Assembly: GCA_031459385.1 (NCBI GenBank)
Contig: JAVKIP010000007.1
Span: 1 to 64,000 of the forward strand
From: Candidatus Fervidifonticultor secundus
GTDB lineage: Bacteria > Sysuimicrobiota > Sysuimicrobiia > Sysuimicrobiales > Humicultoraceae
Direction: 5' to 3'
Length of the DNA: 64,000 nucleotides
The notes under the pieces are model-generated. The model made no database searches, had not been told where the DNA came from, and saw only the letters and a list, made by a program, of their open reading frames with translations. Below are positions 29,607 through 40,651 of the stretch, piece by piece; the stretch's first letter is position 1; each line of letters starts with the position of its first letter. Both the position numbers and the translations under genes were made by a program.

Positions 29607-29692
29607 GCCGCCCGGGCTCGCGCCGGGTGCGGCGCGTGCGGCGGCGGTCGCTGCGCCTGCCGACGCGGCGGCGCACCCGCTCGGACGCCGCG

Positions 29693-29718
29693 AGGGATTG
29701 TCGGCGGGCCGGCGAATA
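29693..29718 (+). promoter_or_regulatory. Sigma-H-like promoter upstream of yggS-sepF
   Basis: AGGGATT-N14-GAATA. Confidence 0.45.
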
Positions 29719-29728
29719 CCGGTTCGGC

Positions 29729-30469
29729 GTGTCCGGGATCGAGGAGAGGTTGCAGCGCGTGCGCGCGCGGATCGCCGCCGCGGCAGCGCGCGCCGGGCGC
29801 GACCCGACAGCGGTGACGCTCGTCGGCGTGACGAAGGGCGTGGACGTCCCGCGGATTCAGGAGGCCATGGCCGCCGGGTTGCGCGACCTCGGCGAGAACC
29901 GGATCCAAGAGGCGCTGCCCAAGCTCGCCGCCCTCGGCCCGGGCCCGCGGTGGCACTTCGTCGGCCACCTCCAGCGTAACAAGGCCCGGCGGGCAGCGGA
30001 GGCGTTCGTCCTGATCCACTCGGTGGATTCGGTGCCGCTGGCCGACGCCCTCGACCGTGCGGCGGCGCGGATGGGCCGGCGGCTGCGGGTGCTGATCGAA
30101 GTGAACGTGGCTGCCGAGCCCACGAAGGTCGGGGTCCCGCCCGAGGAGGCGGCGGCCCTGGTGGCGGCGGTGCGGGCGCGCGCACACCTCGAGCCGGTCG
30201 GCCTGATGACCGTGGCACCGGTGGCAGCAGATCCCGAGCACGTGCGGCCGGTCTTCCGGGCGCTGCGGGCGCTGCGGGACCGGATCCGTGAGGGACCCGG
30301 GGGCCCGGCGTTCGTGGAACTGTCCATGGGCATGAGCGACGACTTCGAGGTCGCGGTCGAGGAGGGCGCCACGCTGGTGCGCTTGGGCCGCGCGATCTTC
30401 GGACCACGGGACGAGGGGCCACGGGAGAGGCCAGGCGTCCAGGGAGAGGAGGGAGCGCAGGAGGTGTGA
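29729..30469 (+). CDS. yggS: Pyridoxal phosphate homeostasis protein YggS/YlmE
   Basis: VTK, GENRIQE, WHFVGHLQRNK, GLMT, LSMGMSDDF, VRLGRAIFG. Confidence 0.96.
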   Translation: MSGIEERLQRVRARIAAAAARAGRDPTAVTLVGVTKGVDVPRIQEAMAAGLRDLGENRIQEALPKLAALGPGPRWHFVGHLQRNKARRAAEAFVLIHSVDSVPLADALDRAAARMGRRLRVLIEVNVAAEPTKVGVPPEEAAALVAAVRARAHLEPVGLMTVAPVAADPEHVRPVFRALRALRDRIREGPGGPAFVELSMGMSDDFEVAVEEGATLVRLGRAIFGPRDEGPRERPGVQGEEGAQEV

Positions 30470-30470
30470 G

Positions 30471-30872
30471 GTGAGCGCGATGCAGCGCCTGTGGGCGTTC
30501 CTGGGGTTCAGCGAGGAGGAGACGGAGCCTGCGCCGCCGGAGGACGGCGAGGGGCGCCGGCGGCGGACGCCGGTGTTCAGCCTGCACGCCGCCCGGCCCA
30601 TGGAGATCGTGGTGCTCGAGCCGCGCAGCTTCGACGAGGCGCGCGCCGGGGCGGATCACCTGAAAGCGCGCCGGCCGCTCCTGGTGAACCTCCGGGGCAC
30701 GGATCGGGAACTGGCACGGCGCATCGTGGACTTCGCGTGCGGTGTCACGTACGCCGTAGACGGGCAGATGCAGCGCGTGGGCGAGGAGATTTTCCTGTTC
30801 ACGCCCAGCACCGTAACCGTCGTGGCCGATGCGCCGCGCGATGACCCGCGGGGGCTGTTCCCGCTGCCATAG
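30471..30872 (+). CDS. sepF: Cell division protein SepF
   Basis: EPRSFDEA, LVNL, RIVDF.CG, IFLFTP; follows yggS. Confidence 0.95.
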   Translation: MSAMQRLWAFLGFSEEETEPAPPEDGEGRRRRTPVFSLHAARPMEIVVLEPRSFDEARAGADHLKARRPLLVNLRGTDRELARRIVDFACGVTYAVDGQMQRVGEEIFLFTPSTVTVVADAPRDDPRGLFPLP

Positions 30873-30901
30873 CGCGCTCCTTCCCCGCTGCGGGCTAGGC
30901 C

Positions 30902-31941
<1,040 letters not shown>

Positions 31942-31945
<4 letters not shown>

Positions 31946-33270
31946 CGGCGCCGCGGCAGCCGACGGTCCGCCACCTGGTGCTGGGGGCGGTGGCTGCCGT
32001 CTGGCTCGCCGTGGTGGTGCAGGGGATCACCTACCGCGATGCCCTGTGGTTTCGCTACTACGTGGTGAACGTCGCGTGGCTGCAGGACGTGTTCCTGGCG
32101 CTGGGAACGCTCAGTGCGGTCATCCTGCTCGTCGGTCGCGTCCGCGCCCGCCTGCCCGTGGCCGCCTGGCAGTCCCTGCCGCCCGTCAGCATCGTCATCC
32201 CGGCGAAGAACGAGGTACGGGTGATCGAAGGCGTGGTGCGCGACGCGTGCGCCCAGCGCTACGCAGGCGGCATCGAGGTCGTCGTGGTCGACGACCGCTC
32301 CACGGACGGGACGGGCGAACTGCTCGAGCGCCTGCAGGCCGAGTTGCCCGTCACCGTGGTGCGGACCCGGCCGGGCAGCTTCGGCAAGGCGGGAGCGCTC
32401 CAGGTGGGCGTCGCGGCCAGCCGCGGGTCGGTGCTCGCGGTGTTCGACGCCGACGCCCGCATGGCGCCCGACGTGATCGCCACCATGGTACCCCTGCTGG
32501 CCGCGCCGCGCGTGGCCGCCGTACAGGGCCGCCGGCTCGTCTACAACGCCGGCCGCAACTTCCTGACACGCTTCCAGGACGACGAGTACCGCGTCTTCCA
32601 GACCCTGATGCAGGGGGCCCGACAGGTCCTCGGCGGCTTCGTCTGCCTGGCCGGCAACGGCCTGCTGGTCAAGCGCGAGGCGCTCGATGCCGTCGGCGGT
32701 TGGAACCCCGACGCGCTGACGGAGGACATCGACCTGGCGGTGCGGCTGCACCTGGGCGGGTGGGAGATCCGCTACTGCTACGACGCGCAGATCTGGGAGG
32801 AAGCCGTGGTGACGCTGCGCGACCTGCTCCGGCAGCGCGAGCGCTGGTTCGAAGGCGCCCTCCAGTGCCTCGGGGAGTACCTGCCCCGGATCCTGCGCAG
32901 CCGTCTGCCGCTGGTGCGCAAAGTCGACATGCTGTTCTTCCTGTCAGGCTCGCTGATCGGCGCCCTGGCCGCCCTCACCGGCTACGCCTACGCCCTGGTG
33001 GGCGCCCTGCTGGAGGCCGTGGTCTACATCCAGCTCCCGGGGACCCTGATAGCGTGGGCCTCTGCGGCCCTGACCGTGGCCATGCTGGCCGCCGTCACGA
33101 CCGAAGTCGGGTATCACCCGCTGCGGCTGGTGGGCGTGCTCGGCCGCTGGACGCTGTTCTCGCTGCACACGCTGGTGATCGTGCCCCTGGCGATCTGGCG
33201 CTACGTGCACGGAGCCCTGACCGGGGCCCGGGACTGGCGCAAGACCTCCCACGAGGGCGGCGTGGGCTGA
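31942..33270 (+). CDS. Family 2 membrane glycosyltransferase, resembling MgdA-type beta-monoglucosyldiacylglycerol synthase
   Basis: PAKNE, DDRSTD, FDAD, GNG, TED, QRERW (D,D,D,QxxRW) with TM helices. Confidence 0.8.
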
Positions 33271-33283
33271 CCGGCGCGCGGCC

Positions 33284-34270
33284 TCAGAGCAGCCCGGCGT
33301 AGACGTCGCGCAGGCGGGCCCCCACGCGGTCCAGGGAGTGGGCGGTGGCGTACCGGCGGGCTTCGGCCGCCAGGCGCGCGCGCAGCTCGGGCTCCTCCAC
33401 GAGCCGCCGTAGCTGGACGGCGAACTCGTCGGCATTGGCCGCGAGCAGCGCGTTCTCGTTGTCCACGAACCGGCCTGCGAAGCACTCGGCATCGCGCAGC
33501 ACCAGCGGCCGGCCAGCCGCAGCCGCCTCCAGCACCGCGATGCCCTCGTTCTCCACGGCGCTGGGGAAGAAGAAGATGTCTCCGGCCGCGTAGGCCTCGG
33601 TTACGTTCTCGACGTAGCCCGGGAAGCGCACGTTGGCCGGGGCCTCGTCGATCACCCGCAGCGTCTCGGGCTTGACGCCCTTGGGAATCCGGCCGAACCA
33701 GACGAACGTGAGGTGTGGGAGCCGCCGCGCCACCTCGCAGAACAGGTCTACGCCCTTGCGCAGCAGGACCAGCCCCACGGCGAAGGCCACCATGCCCCGG
33801 AGGAAGTGCCGTCCCCGCGCCAGCCGGCGCGCCCGGTACAGCGAGTGGAACCGCCGGAGGTCGACCCCATTGCTCACGACCTCGATCGGGCGGACCACGC
33901 CGTGGCGCTCGAGGATCTGCTTGGTGTACGAGGACGGCGTGATCACCAGGTCGGCCTTGTTGTAGAAGTAGGTGAGCAGCCGGCCCAGGTACGGCGCCAG
34001 AGAGTCGCTCATGACGAACGAGTTCGCGAAGTCCTCGGCGGTGGTGTGCGCCGAGATGACCAGCGGGACCCGCCCGCTGAACTTCTCCGCCAGGTAGAGC
34101 GAGCGCGGGCCGATCTGATGGAGGTGGAGCAGGTCGAACGCCTCGCTGGGGTCGCTGGTGACAGCGACGCCGGCCGCCTGGAGGGCGCGGAGCTGGTTGT
34201 CGTAGGCCTGGCGGATCCCGCTGCTCCAGGACGACGTCTGGGCGTGCTCCAGATAGACGCAGACTTTCAC
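33284..34270 (-). CDS. Family 4 glycosyltransferase, resembling diglucosyldiacylglycerol synthase
   Basis: MKVCVYLE..SGIRQA, HTTAEDFANSF, SNGVD, RKG, ENEGIAVLEAAA. GTG start at 34270 chosen. Confidence 0.85.
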   Translation of the reverse strand: MKVCVYLEHAQTSSWSSGIRQAYDNQLRALQAAGVAVTSDPSEAFDLLHLHQIGPRSLYLAEKFSGRVPLVISAHTTAEDFANSFVMSDSLAPYLGRLLTYFYNKADLVITPSSYTKQILERHGVVRPIEVVSNGVDLRRFHSLYRARRLARGRHFLRGMVAFAVGLVLLRKGVDLFCEVARRLPHLTFVWFGRIPKGVKPETLRVIDEAPANVRFPGYVENVTEAYAAGDIFFFPSAVENEGIAVLEAAAAGRPLVLRDAECFAGRFVDNENALLAANADEFAVQLRRLVEEPELRARLAAEARRYATAHSLDRVGARLRDVYAGLL

Positions 34271-34360
34271 GAGGTCCCCCGGCTTCGTCGGAATGCGGGT
34301 CCCGCCCGCCGGGGCGCGCGGAACCGATGTCCGGATGCGGCATGCCCGGACGATGGAGAA

Positions 34361-34386
34361 CATTCGCCGGCCCGCGAACTTCCCCT
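34361..34386 (-). promoter_or_regulatory. Sigma-H-like promoter upstream of the GT4 gene
   Basis: Minus strand AGGGGAA-N14-GAATG. Confidence 0.4.
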
Positions 34387-34466
34387 GCTGCGCGGCGGGC
34401 CACGATCCGCCCGCAGCCGGGCGCTGGACGACCGCGCGCGCCGCGTGCTAGAGTACTGCCACGTTT

Positions 34467-34705
34467 GGCGATGACGGGGACGGCGCGGCCGGCTGGCCAG
34501 AGCGAGCCGGAGGCCGGTGCGAGCCCGGTGGCAGGCGGTTGCGTCCCATCACCCCGGAGCTGCGGGGCCGAGCGGGACCCCCTGCGGTCCCGGGAGGGCT
34601 CGCCGGCTGCTCCCCCGAGACGGGAGATGGAGCGCCGCCGCGAGCGTGCGGCGGAACCAGGGTGGTACCGCGGGTGCATCCCGTCCCTGTCGGGGCGGGT
34701 TTTTC
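34467..34705 (+). ncRNA. T-box riboswitch (Ile), transcriptional
   Basis: GCGATGA start, AGCGA and GGTGCGA stem-I motifs, ATC specifier at 34548-34550, T-box AACCAGGGTGGTACCGCG at 34655-34672, terminator CCCGTCCC-TGTC-GGGGCGGG-TTTTT. Confidence 0.93.
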
Positions 34706-34795
34706 GTTTCGGGGTGCCTGCGGGGCCGGCTCGCGCCGGGTGGGGCGCGGCGCGGTCGGAAACACTGAGGAGGGAGAAGGAGACCGAGGGAGACG

Positions 34796-37700
34796 ATGCC
34801 GCCGTTCCGTCCGGTGCCCGCGAAGCTCGATTTCCCGGCGCAGGAGCGCGAGGTGCTGCGCTGGTGGGCCGAGCGTGACATTCTGGCCAAGTACCTGCGC
34901 CGCAACGAGACGTCGCCGCGCCGCTTTGCCTTCCTCGACGGCCCCATCACCGCCAACAACCCCATGGGCATCCACCACGCCTGGGGGCGGACCTACAAGG
35001 ACCTGTTCCAGCGCTACAAGACCATGGCCGGCTACCGGCAGCGCTACCAGAACGGGTTCGACGGGCAGGGCCTGTGGGTCGAGGTGGAAGTCGAGAAGGA
35101 ACTGGGCTTCAAGAGCAAGCGAGACATCGAGGTCTACGGCATCGCGCCGTTCGTCGAGCTGTGCAAAGCCCGGGTGCGCCGCTTCGCGGATGTCATCACG
35201 CAGCAGTCGCTGCGCCTGGGCTACTGGATGCGGTGGGACGCCTCCTACCACACCATGGCCGACGAGAACAACTACATGATCTGGTACTTCCTCAAGCGGT
35301 GCTGGGAGCGCGGGCTGATCTACAAGGGACACGACTCCATGCCCTGGTGCCCGCGGTGCGGCACCGGCATCTCGGAGCACGAGATCGTCACCGAGGGGTA
35401 CCGCGAGGTGACCCACCCGGGGCTGACGGTGCGTCTGCCGCTGGTCGACGCGCCGGGCCGGTCGCTGCTCGTCTGGACCACGACTCCCTGGACGCTGACC
35501 AGCAACGTGGCGGCGGCCGTGCACCCCGCCCAGACCTACGTGCGGGTCCGGCAGGACGACGAGGAGCTCTACGTGATGGCGGCGCGGCTGGAGATGCTCA
35601 CCGGCCGCTACACTGTCCTGGAGACCCTGCCGGGCCACGCGCTGGTGGGCTGGCGCTACCGCGGGCCGTTCGACGACCTCCCGGCCCAGGAAGGCGTCGA
35701 GCACCGGGTCATCCCCTGGGAAGACGTGAGCGCCGACGAGGGCACCGGCATCGTGCACATCGCACCCGGGGCAGGGGCCGAGGACTTCGCGCTGGGGAAG
35801 CAGTTCGCCCTGCCGGTGCTGGCGCCACTGGACGAGTTCGGCGTCTTCGTCGAAGGCTTCGGCGAGTTCACCGGACGCGCGGTGGCGGAGGTGGCGGAGC
35901 CTATCGAGGCGCGACTGCGCCAGCGGGGCCTGCTCTACCGCGCCGAGCCCTACACCCACCGGTACCCGGTGTGCTGGCGCTGCGGCACCGAGCTGGTCTT
36001 CCGCGTCGTGGACGAGTGGTTCATCGCCATGGAGCCGATCCGCGCCGCAGTCATGGACGTGGCGCGGCAGGTACGGTGGATTCCCGAGTTCGGGCTCGAG
36101 CGCGAACTGGACTGGCTGCGCAACATGCGCGACTGGATGATCAGCAAGAAGCGCTACTGGGGACTGGCGCTGCCGATCTACGAATGCCAGGCGTGCGGCG
36201 CGTTCGAGGTCCTGGGCTCGCGGGAGGAGCTGCGCGCGCGGGCCGTGGAGGGGTGGGAGGTGTTCGACGGCCACTCCCCGCACCGCCCGTGGGTGGACGC
36301 CGTGAAGATCCGCTGCCGCGCCTGCGGTGCGGTGGTCGCGCGCATCCCCGACGTCGGCAACCCGTGGCTGGACGCCGGGATCGTGCCGTTCTCCACGTTG
36401 ATCGACCCGGCCACCGGCGACGTGTCGTACCTGGGAGACCGCCGGTACTGGCGCGAGTGGTTCCCGTTCGACTTCATCACCGAGGCGTTTCCGGGGCAGT
36501 ACCGGAACTGGTTCTATTCCCTGCTGGTGATGAGCACGGTGCTGGAGGGCCGGGCCCCGTTCCGCGTCTGCCTGGGGCACGCGCTGGTCCGCGACGAGCA
36601 GGGGCGCGAGATGCACAAGTCGTGGGGCAACGCCATCGAGTTCGAGGAGGCCGCCGACCGCATTGGCGCGGACGTGGTGCGGTGGGTCTTCGCCTCCCAG
36701 AACCCCGCGGTGAACACCAACTTCGGCTACGGGCCGGCCGACGAGGTGCGCCGCCGGTTCGTGCTGCCCCTGTGGAACGTCTACGCCTTCTTCGTCACCT
36801 ACGCCGCGCTGGAGCGCGACCTGGACCTGGCGGGCCTGCAGGCTGCGCCGCCGCCGCTGCGGCTGCTGGACCGGTGGATCCTCTCGCGCCTGGCCGGCCT
36901 GGTCCAGACGATGGTGGCGCGCCTCGACGACTACGAGCCGGCCGGCGCCTGCCGCGCGGTCGAGGCGTTCGTCGACGATCTCTCCACCTGGTACGTGCGG
37001 CGCAGCCGCCGCCGGTTCTGGAAGAGCGAGGACGACCAGGACAAGCGCGCGGCCTACTGCACCCTGTATACGGTGCTGGCGACGCTGACGCAGGCGCTGG
37101 CGCCCTTCATGCCGTTCTTGTCCGAGGCCATCTACCAGAACCTGGTGCGTACCGTAGACCCCCAGGCGCCGGAAAGCGTGCACCTGTGTGCCTATCCGGC
37201 CCCGGCGCCGGACCGGCGCGATCCGGCGCTGGAAGCCCTCATGGACGACGTGCGGGAACTGGTGCGTCTGGGCCGCGCGGCCCGCGGGGCCGCCCGGATC
37301 CGCGTGCGGCAGCCGCTGCCCGCCGTGCTCATCGCCACGACACAGCGGGCCATCCTGCAGGAGCCCGAGCTGGTGGAGCTCCTGGCCGACGAGCTGAACG
37401 TGAAGCAGGTGCGCGTCCTCGAAGAGGTGGCGCCCTACGTGACCTACGAGGTCAAACCGCGGTTCGATCGGCTCGGGCCGCGGTTCGGCGCGCGCGTGCA
37501 GGCCGTGGCGGGCGCCCTGCGGGCGCTGGCTCCCGCCGTAGCGGCGGCGGCCGTGCAGCGGGGCGAGGGGCTGGTCGTGACCGTCGACGGCGAGCGGCTG
37601 GAACTCGCCCCGGAGGAGCTCGAGGTGAGGCTGCGCACCGCGCCCGGCTACACCGCGGAGGGCACCGGCGCCCACCTGGTCGTGCTCGAGACCGCGATCG

Positions 37701-37969
37701 ACGAGAGCCTGGCCCGCGAGGGCTGGGCCAGGGAACTGGTGCACCACATCCAGCAGATGCGCAAGGACCAGGGCCTTGAGGTCAGCGACCGCATCGTGCT
37801 GTACGTGGACGGCGACGCGGAGCTCCAGGCGGTGCTCCAGGCGCACCGCGCCTACGTGCTGGGCGAGACGCTGTCGGTGGACGTGCGGCCCGGCGCGGCG
37901 GGGCGGCCGGGGGCACGGGAAGTCCGCCTGGACGGCATCGTCGCCACCGTGGCGGTCACCCGGCCGTGA
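34796..37969 (+). CDS. ileS: Isoleucine--tRNA ligase, type 2
   Basis: DGPITAN, GIHH (HIGH variant), WTTTPWTL, GTGIVHIAPG, DWMISKKRYWG, EMHKS (KMSKS variant), WYVRRSRRRFW, type-2 C-terminus; Ile T-box upstream. Confidence 0.97.
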   Translation: MPPFRPVPAKLDFPAQEREVLRWWAERDILAKYLRRNETSPRRFAFLDGPITANNPMGIHHAWGRTYKDLFQRYKTMAGYRQRYQNGFDGQGLWVEVEVEKELGFKSKRDIEVYGIAPFVELCKARVRRFADVITQQSLRLGYWMRWDASYHTMADENNYMIWYFLKRCWERGLIYKGHDSMPWCPRCGTGISEHEIVTEGYREVTHPGLTVRLPLVDAPGRSLLVWTTTPWTLTSNVAAAVHPAQTYVRVRQDDEELYVMAARLEMLTGRYTVLETLPGHALVGWRYRGPFDDLPAQEGVEHRVIPWEDVSADEGTGIVHIAPGAGAEDFALGKQFALPVLAPLDEFGVFVEGFGEFTGRAVAEVAEPIEARLRQRGLLYRAEPYTHRYPVCWRCGTELVFRVVDEWFIAMEPIRAAVMDVARQVRWIPEFGLERELDWLRNMRDWMISKKRYWGLALPIYECQACGAFEVLGSREELRARAVEGWEVFDGHSPHRPWVDAVKIRCRACGAVVARIPDVGNPWLDAGIVPFSTLIDPATGDVSYLGDRRYWREWFPFDFITEAFPGQYRNWFYSLLVMSTVLEGRAPFRVCLGHALVRDEQGREMHKSWGNAIEFEEAADRIGADVVRWVFASQNPAVNTNFGYGPADEVRRRFVLPLWNVYAFFVTYAALERDLDLAGLQAAPPPLRLLDRWILSRLAGLVQTMVARLDDYEPAGACRAVEAFVDDLSTWYVRRSRRRFWKSEDDQDKRAAYCTLYTVLATLTQALAPFMPFLSEAIYQNLVRTVDPQAPESVHLCAYPAPAPDRRDPALEALMDDVRELVRLGRAARGAARIRVRQPLPAVLIATTQRAILQEPELVELLADELNVKQVRVLEEVAPYVTYEVKPRFDRLGPRFGARVQAVAGALRALAPAVAAAAVQRGEGLVVTVDGERLELAPEELEVRLRTAPGYTAEGTGAHLVVLETAIDESLAREGWARELVHHIQQMRKDQGLEVSDRIVLYVDGDAELQAVLQAHRAYVLGETLSVDVRPGAAGRPGAREVRLDGIVATVAVTRP

Positions 37970-38724
37970 GCGCGACCCGCCGCACGATCGGCGTCCTCGG
38001 CGGCATGGGGCCGTGGGCCACCCTGGACTTCTTCGCGCGCCTGCTCCGGCTGACCCCGGCGTCCCGTGACCAGGATCACCTTCGGGTGCTCATCGACAAC
38101 AACCCGGCAGTCCCCGACCGTACCGCGGTCCTGCTGGGCCACGGCGAGGATCCGACCCCGTGGCTGGTCGCCGGCGCCCGGGGGCTGGCGGCCGCCGGTG
38201 CGGACGTCCTCGCCATCCCCTGCAACACGGCGCATGCGTTCTATCCGGCCATCGCTGGCAGCGTGGCGATCCCGGTGCTCCACATGATGGAAGAAGCCGC
38301 TGCGGCCGCGGCGCAGGCGTACCCCCGGCTGCGCCGCGTCGGGCTGCTCGCCACCGCCGGGACCGTCCGCACCGGGCTGTACGCGCGCGCGTTCGGCCGG
38401 TACCACGTCGAGACGATCGTGCCCCGCGGCCAGGAGCAGGCGGCAGCGGATGCCCTGATCGCGGCCATCAAGGCCGGGCCCGGTCCCGGCCACCGGGCAG
38501 CGGCCGTCGACCTGATGCAGGCACTGGCGGCCAGGGGCGCCGAGGTGATCGTGCTCGGGTGCACGGAGCTCCCCCTCGTGCTCCAGGCCGACGCCGCACC
38601 CGTGCCAGTGCTGGACGCCACCGAGGTGCTGGCCAGGCGCGCGGTGGCCCTGGCGCGGGGTGATGCGGCCTGGCCGCCCGTGGCCGGTCCAGTCCCCCTT
38701 GCCAGTGGAGAGGCTCTTGAGTAA
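37966..38724 (+). CDS. Aspartate/glutamate racemase family protein (RacX/YgeA-like)
   Basis: IGVLGGMGP.AT, DQDH, PCNTAH, LGCTELP (both catalytic Cys present). Confidence 0.92.
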   Translation: MSATRRTIGVLGGMGPWATLDFFARLLRLTPASRDQDHLRVLIDNNPAVPDRTAVLLGHGEDPTPWLVAGARGLAAAGADVLAIPCNTAHAFYPAIAGSVAIPVLHMMEEAAAAAAQAYPRLRRVGLLATAGTVRTGLYARAFGRYHVETIVPRGQEQAAADALIAAIKAGPGPGHRAAAVDLMQALAARGAEVIVLGCTELPLVLQADAAPVPVLDATEVLARRAVALARGDAAWPPVAGPVPLASGEALE

Positions 38725-38770
38725 GATAGGCGGGGTCTTAAGCCCCCAGGGCGGGTGAGGGAGGGCGATC

Positions 38771-39343
38771 ATGCCGAACAAGGCCGCGCGGGCGCGATCC
38801 ACGCGGGGCCGGACGACCACAGCGGCCACGTCCACCGGAAAGGGGCAGCCCAGGGCGTCTGGCCGGGCCCGGTCCACGCGCGCCAGCGCCTCGCGGGTGC
38901 CTGTGCGGGCTGTCCGTGCAACCAAGCCGGTGCGATCCGCGCCCCGGGTGGCCGCGGCGACGCGGCCGCTGACCAAGCGCGAGATCGAGGAGTTCCGCCG
39001 GCAGCTGGAGGAGGAGCGCGACCGGCTGGCCCGGGAGCTGGAGGCGATCGAGGAGCACCTGCCCGAGGTCGAGCAGATCAGCGTCGACTCCAGCGGCTAC
39101 GACGAGGACATCGCGGACGTCGCGGCCGACACGTTCGAGCGTGAGAAGGGCTTTGCCATCGAGAACAGCGTGCAGACCCTGCTCACCCAGGTGGAGGAGG
39201 CGTTGAGCCGTATCGACGACGGCACCTACGGCATCTGCGAGCTGTGCGGTCAGCCGATCCACATCGAGCGCCTCCGCGCCATCCCGTACGCCCGCCTGTG
39301 CATCCAATGCAAGGCGCGCGAAGAGCAGGCGAACTCCCGCTAA
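38771..39343 (+). CDS. TraR/DksA C4 zinc-finger transcription factor with basic N-terminal extension
   Basis: Coiled coil with DIADVAAD, ALSRIDDGTYGICELCG..I..ERL.AIPYARLCIQC. Confidence 0.92.
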   Translation: MPNKAARARSTRGRTTTAATSTGKGQPRASGRARSTRASASRVPVRAVRATKPVRSAPRVAAATRPLTKREIEEFRRQLEEERDRLARELEAIEEHLPEVEQISVDSSGYDEDIADVAADTFEREKGFAIENSVQTLLTQVEEALSRIDDGTYGICELCGQPIHIERLRAIPYARLCIQCKAREEQANSR

Positions 39344-39351
39344 CGCCGTCC

Positions 39352-39876
39352 GTGACGCACGCGCCCCCGGCCCGACGCGCGGTCTGGCCGGGGGCGCTGT
39401 TCCCTGCCGGCCTGGTCGCACTGGCGGACCAGGCGATCAAGGCGGCCGTCGTGACGGCCCTGCCGGTGGGCGCTGCAGTGCCGCTGTTGCCGGGCCTGCT
39501 GACCCTGACGCACGTGCAGAACCGCGGTGTGGCCTTCGGGCTGCTGCCGGGTGTGCCTCCGGTGGTGATCGGGCTGGCCGCGGGCCTCCTGGTGGCGTGG
39601 CTGGTGTGGACGGGCGGGCGGCCGCGCGGTGCGCGCGGAGCGTCTGCAGGCGGCGCCCTCATGCTGGGCGGGACCGCGGGCAACCTGGTGGACCGCCTGC
39701 GCTGGGGGTATGTCGTCGACTACGTGGACCTGCACGTCTGGCCCGTCTTCAACCTGGCTGACGCGGCCATCGCCGTCGGGGGTGCCCTCCTCGTCCTGGG
39801 GCTGGCACGTGGAGCGGGAGAGGCCGGTGCGACGCGCCAGACAGCTCCCCGCAGCCGGCGTCGGCGCTGGAGGTGA
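39352..39876 (+). CDS. lspA: Lipoprotein signal peptidase
   Basis: DQAIK, NRGVAFG, GNLVDR, VVDY, FNLAD. Confidence 0.95.
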   Translation: MTHAPPARRAVWPGALFPAGLVALADQAIKAAVVTALPVGAAVPLLPGLLTLTHVQNRGVAFGLLPGVPPVVIGLAAGLLVAWLVWTGGRPRGARGASAGGALMLGGTAGNLVDRLRWGYVVDYVDLHVWPVFNLADAAIAVGGALLVLGLARGAGEAGATRQTAPRSRRRRWR

Positions 39877-39879
39877 CCG

Positions 39880-40650
39880 GTGCAGCAGATCCTGTACGAC
39901 GTCTGGGGCGTACCGATCTCGGCGTTCGGCCTGTTCCTGCTGCTGGCCTTCTTCGCGGGGATCGTCGTGGCGCGTCGCGTGGCCCATGCGCGCCTGGGGA
40001 TCGAGCCCACCCAGACGCTGGACCTGGCCCTCTACGCCATCGTGGCGGGCATCGTCGGCGGCCGGATCGGGTTCGTGCTGGCCAACCTCGAGGCGTTCGC
40101 CGGCGAGCCGCGGCGGATCCTGACGATCTGGCGGGACGGCGGTCTCGTGTACTACGGGGCGCTGGCGGCGGGCCTGCTGCTCGCGCGCCTGTACACCCGC
40201 AGGTGGCCGGCGTCGTTCGGTGCCCTGCTGGATGCCTACGCGCCGGCGCTGGTCCTGGGCTACGGCGTGGCCATGATCGGCGCGCTGCTGCACGGCCTGT
40301 TTCCCGGCAAGCCCACCGGTGTGCCCTGGGCGATCGAGCTGTTCCTCGAACGGCGACACCCCACCCAGATCTACCTGGCCGTGGCCGCAGCCGCGATCCT
40401 GGTCATCCTGCGCGGGCAGCGCGACCAGGCGCTGGCTGACGGCACGCTCTTCGTGCTGGCGGTGTTCCTGCAGGCGGTGGCGCGGTTCTTCGTGGACGTC
40501 TTCGTCGAGGCCCCAGCGGTCGCCGGACCGTTGACGCTCGGCCAGCTCGCCAGCGGCACCGTGGCGCTGGCCAGTGGCCTGCTCCTCCTCTGGCTGCAGC
40601 GCCGCGCGCCGGCGCTCGGCGCGGAGCCGACGCCCCAGTCGTCGGTGTAG
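39880..40650 (+). CDS. lgt: Prolipoprotein diacylglyceryl transferase
   Basis: GGRIGFV, IWRDGGLVYYGA, GKPT.VPWA, RHPTQIY. Confidence 0.88.
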   Translation: MQQILYDVWGVPISAFGLFLLLAFFAGIVVARRVAHARLGIEPTQTLDLALYAIVAGIVGGRIGFVLANLEAFAGEPRRILTIWRDGGLVYYGALAAGLLLARLYTRRWPASFGALLDAYAPALVLGYGVAMIGALLHGLFPGKPTGVPWAIELFLERRHPTQIYLAVAAAAILVILRGQRDQALADGTLFVLAVFLQAVARFFVDVFVEAPAVAGPLTLGQLASGTVALASGLLLLWLQRRAPALGAEPTPQSSV

Positions 40651-40651
40651 C

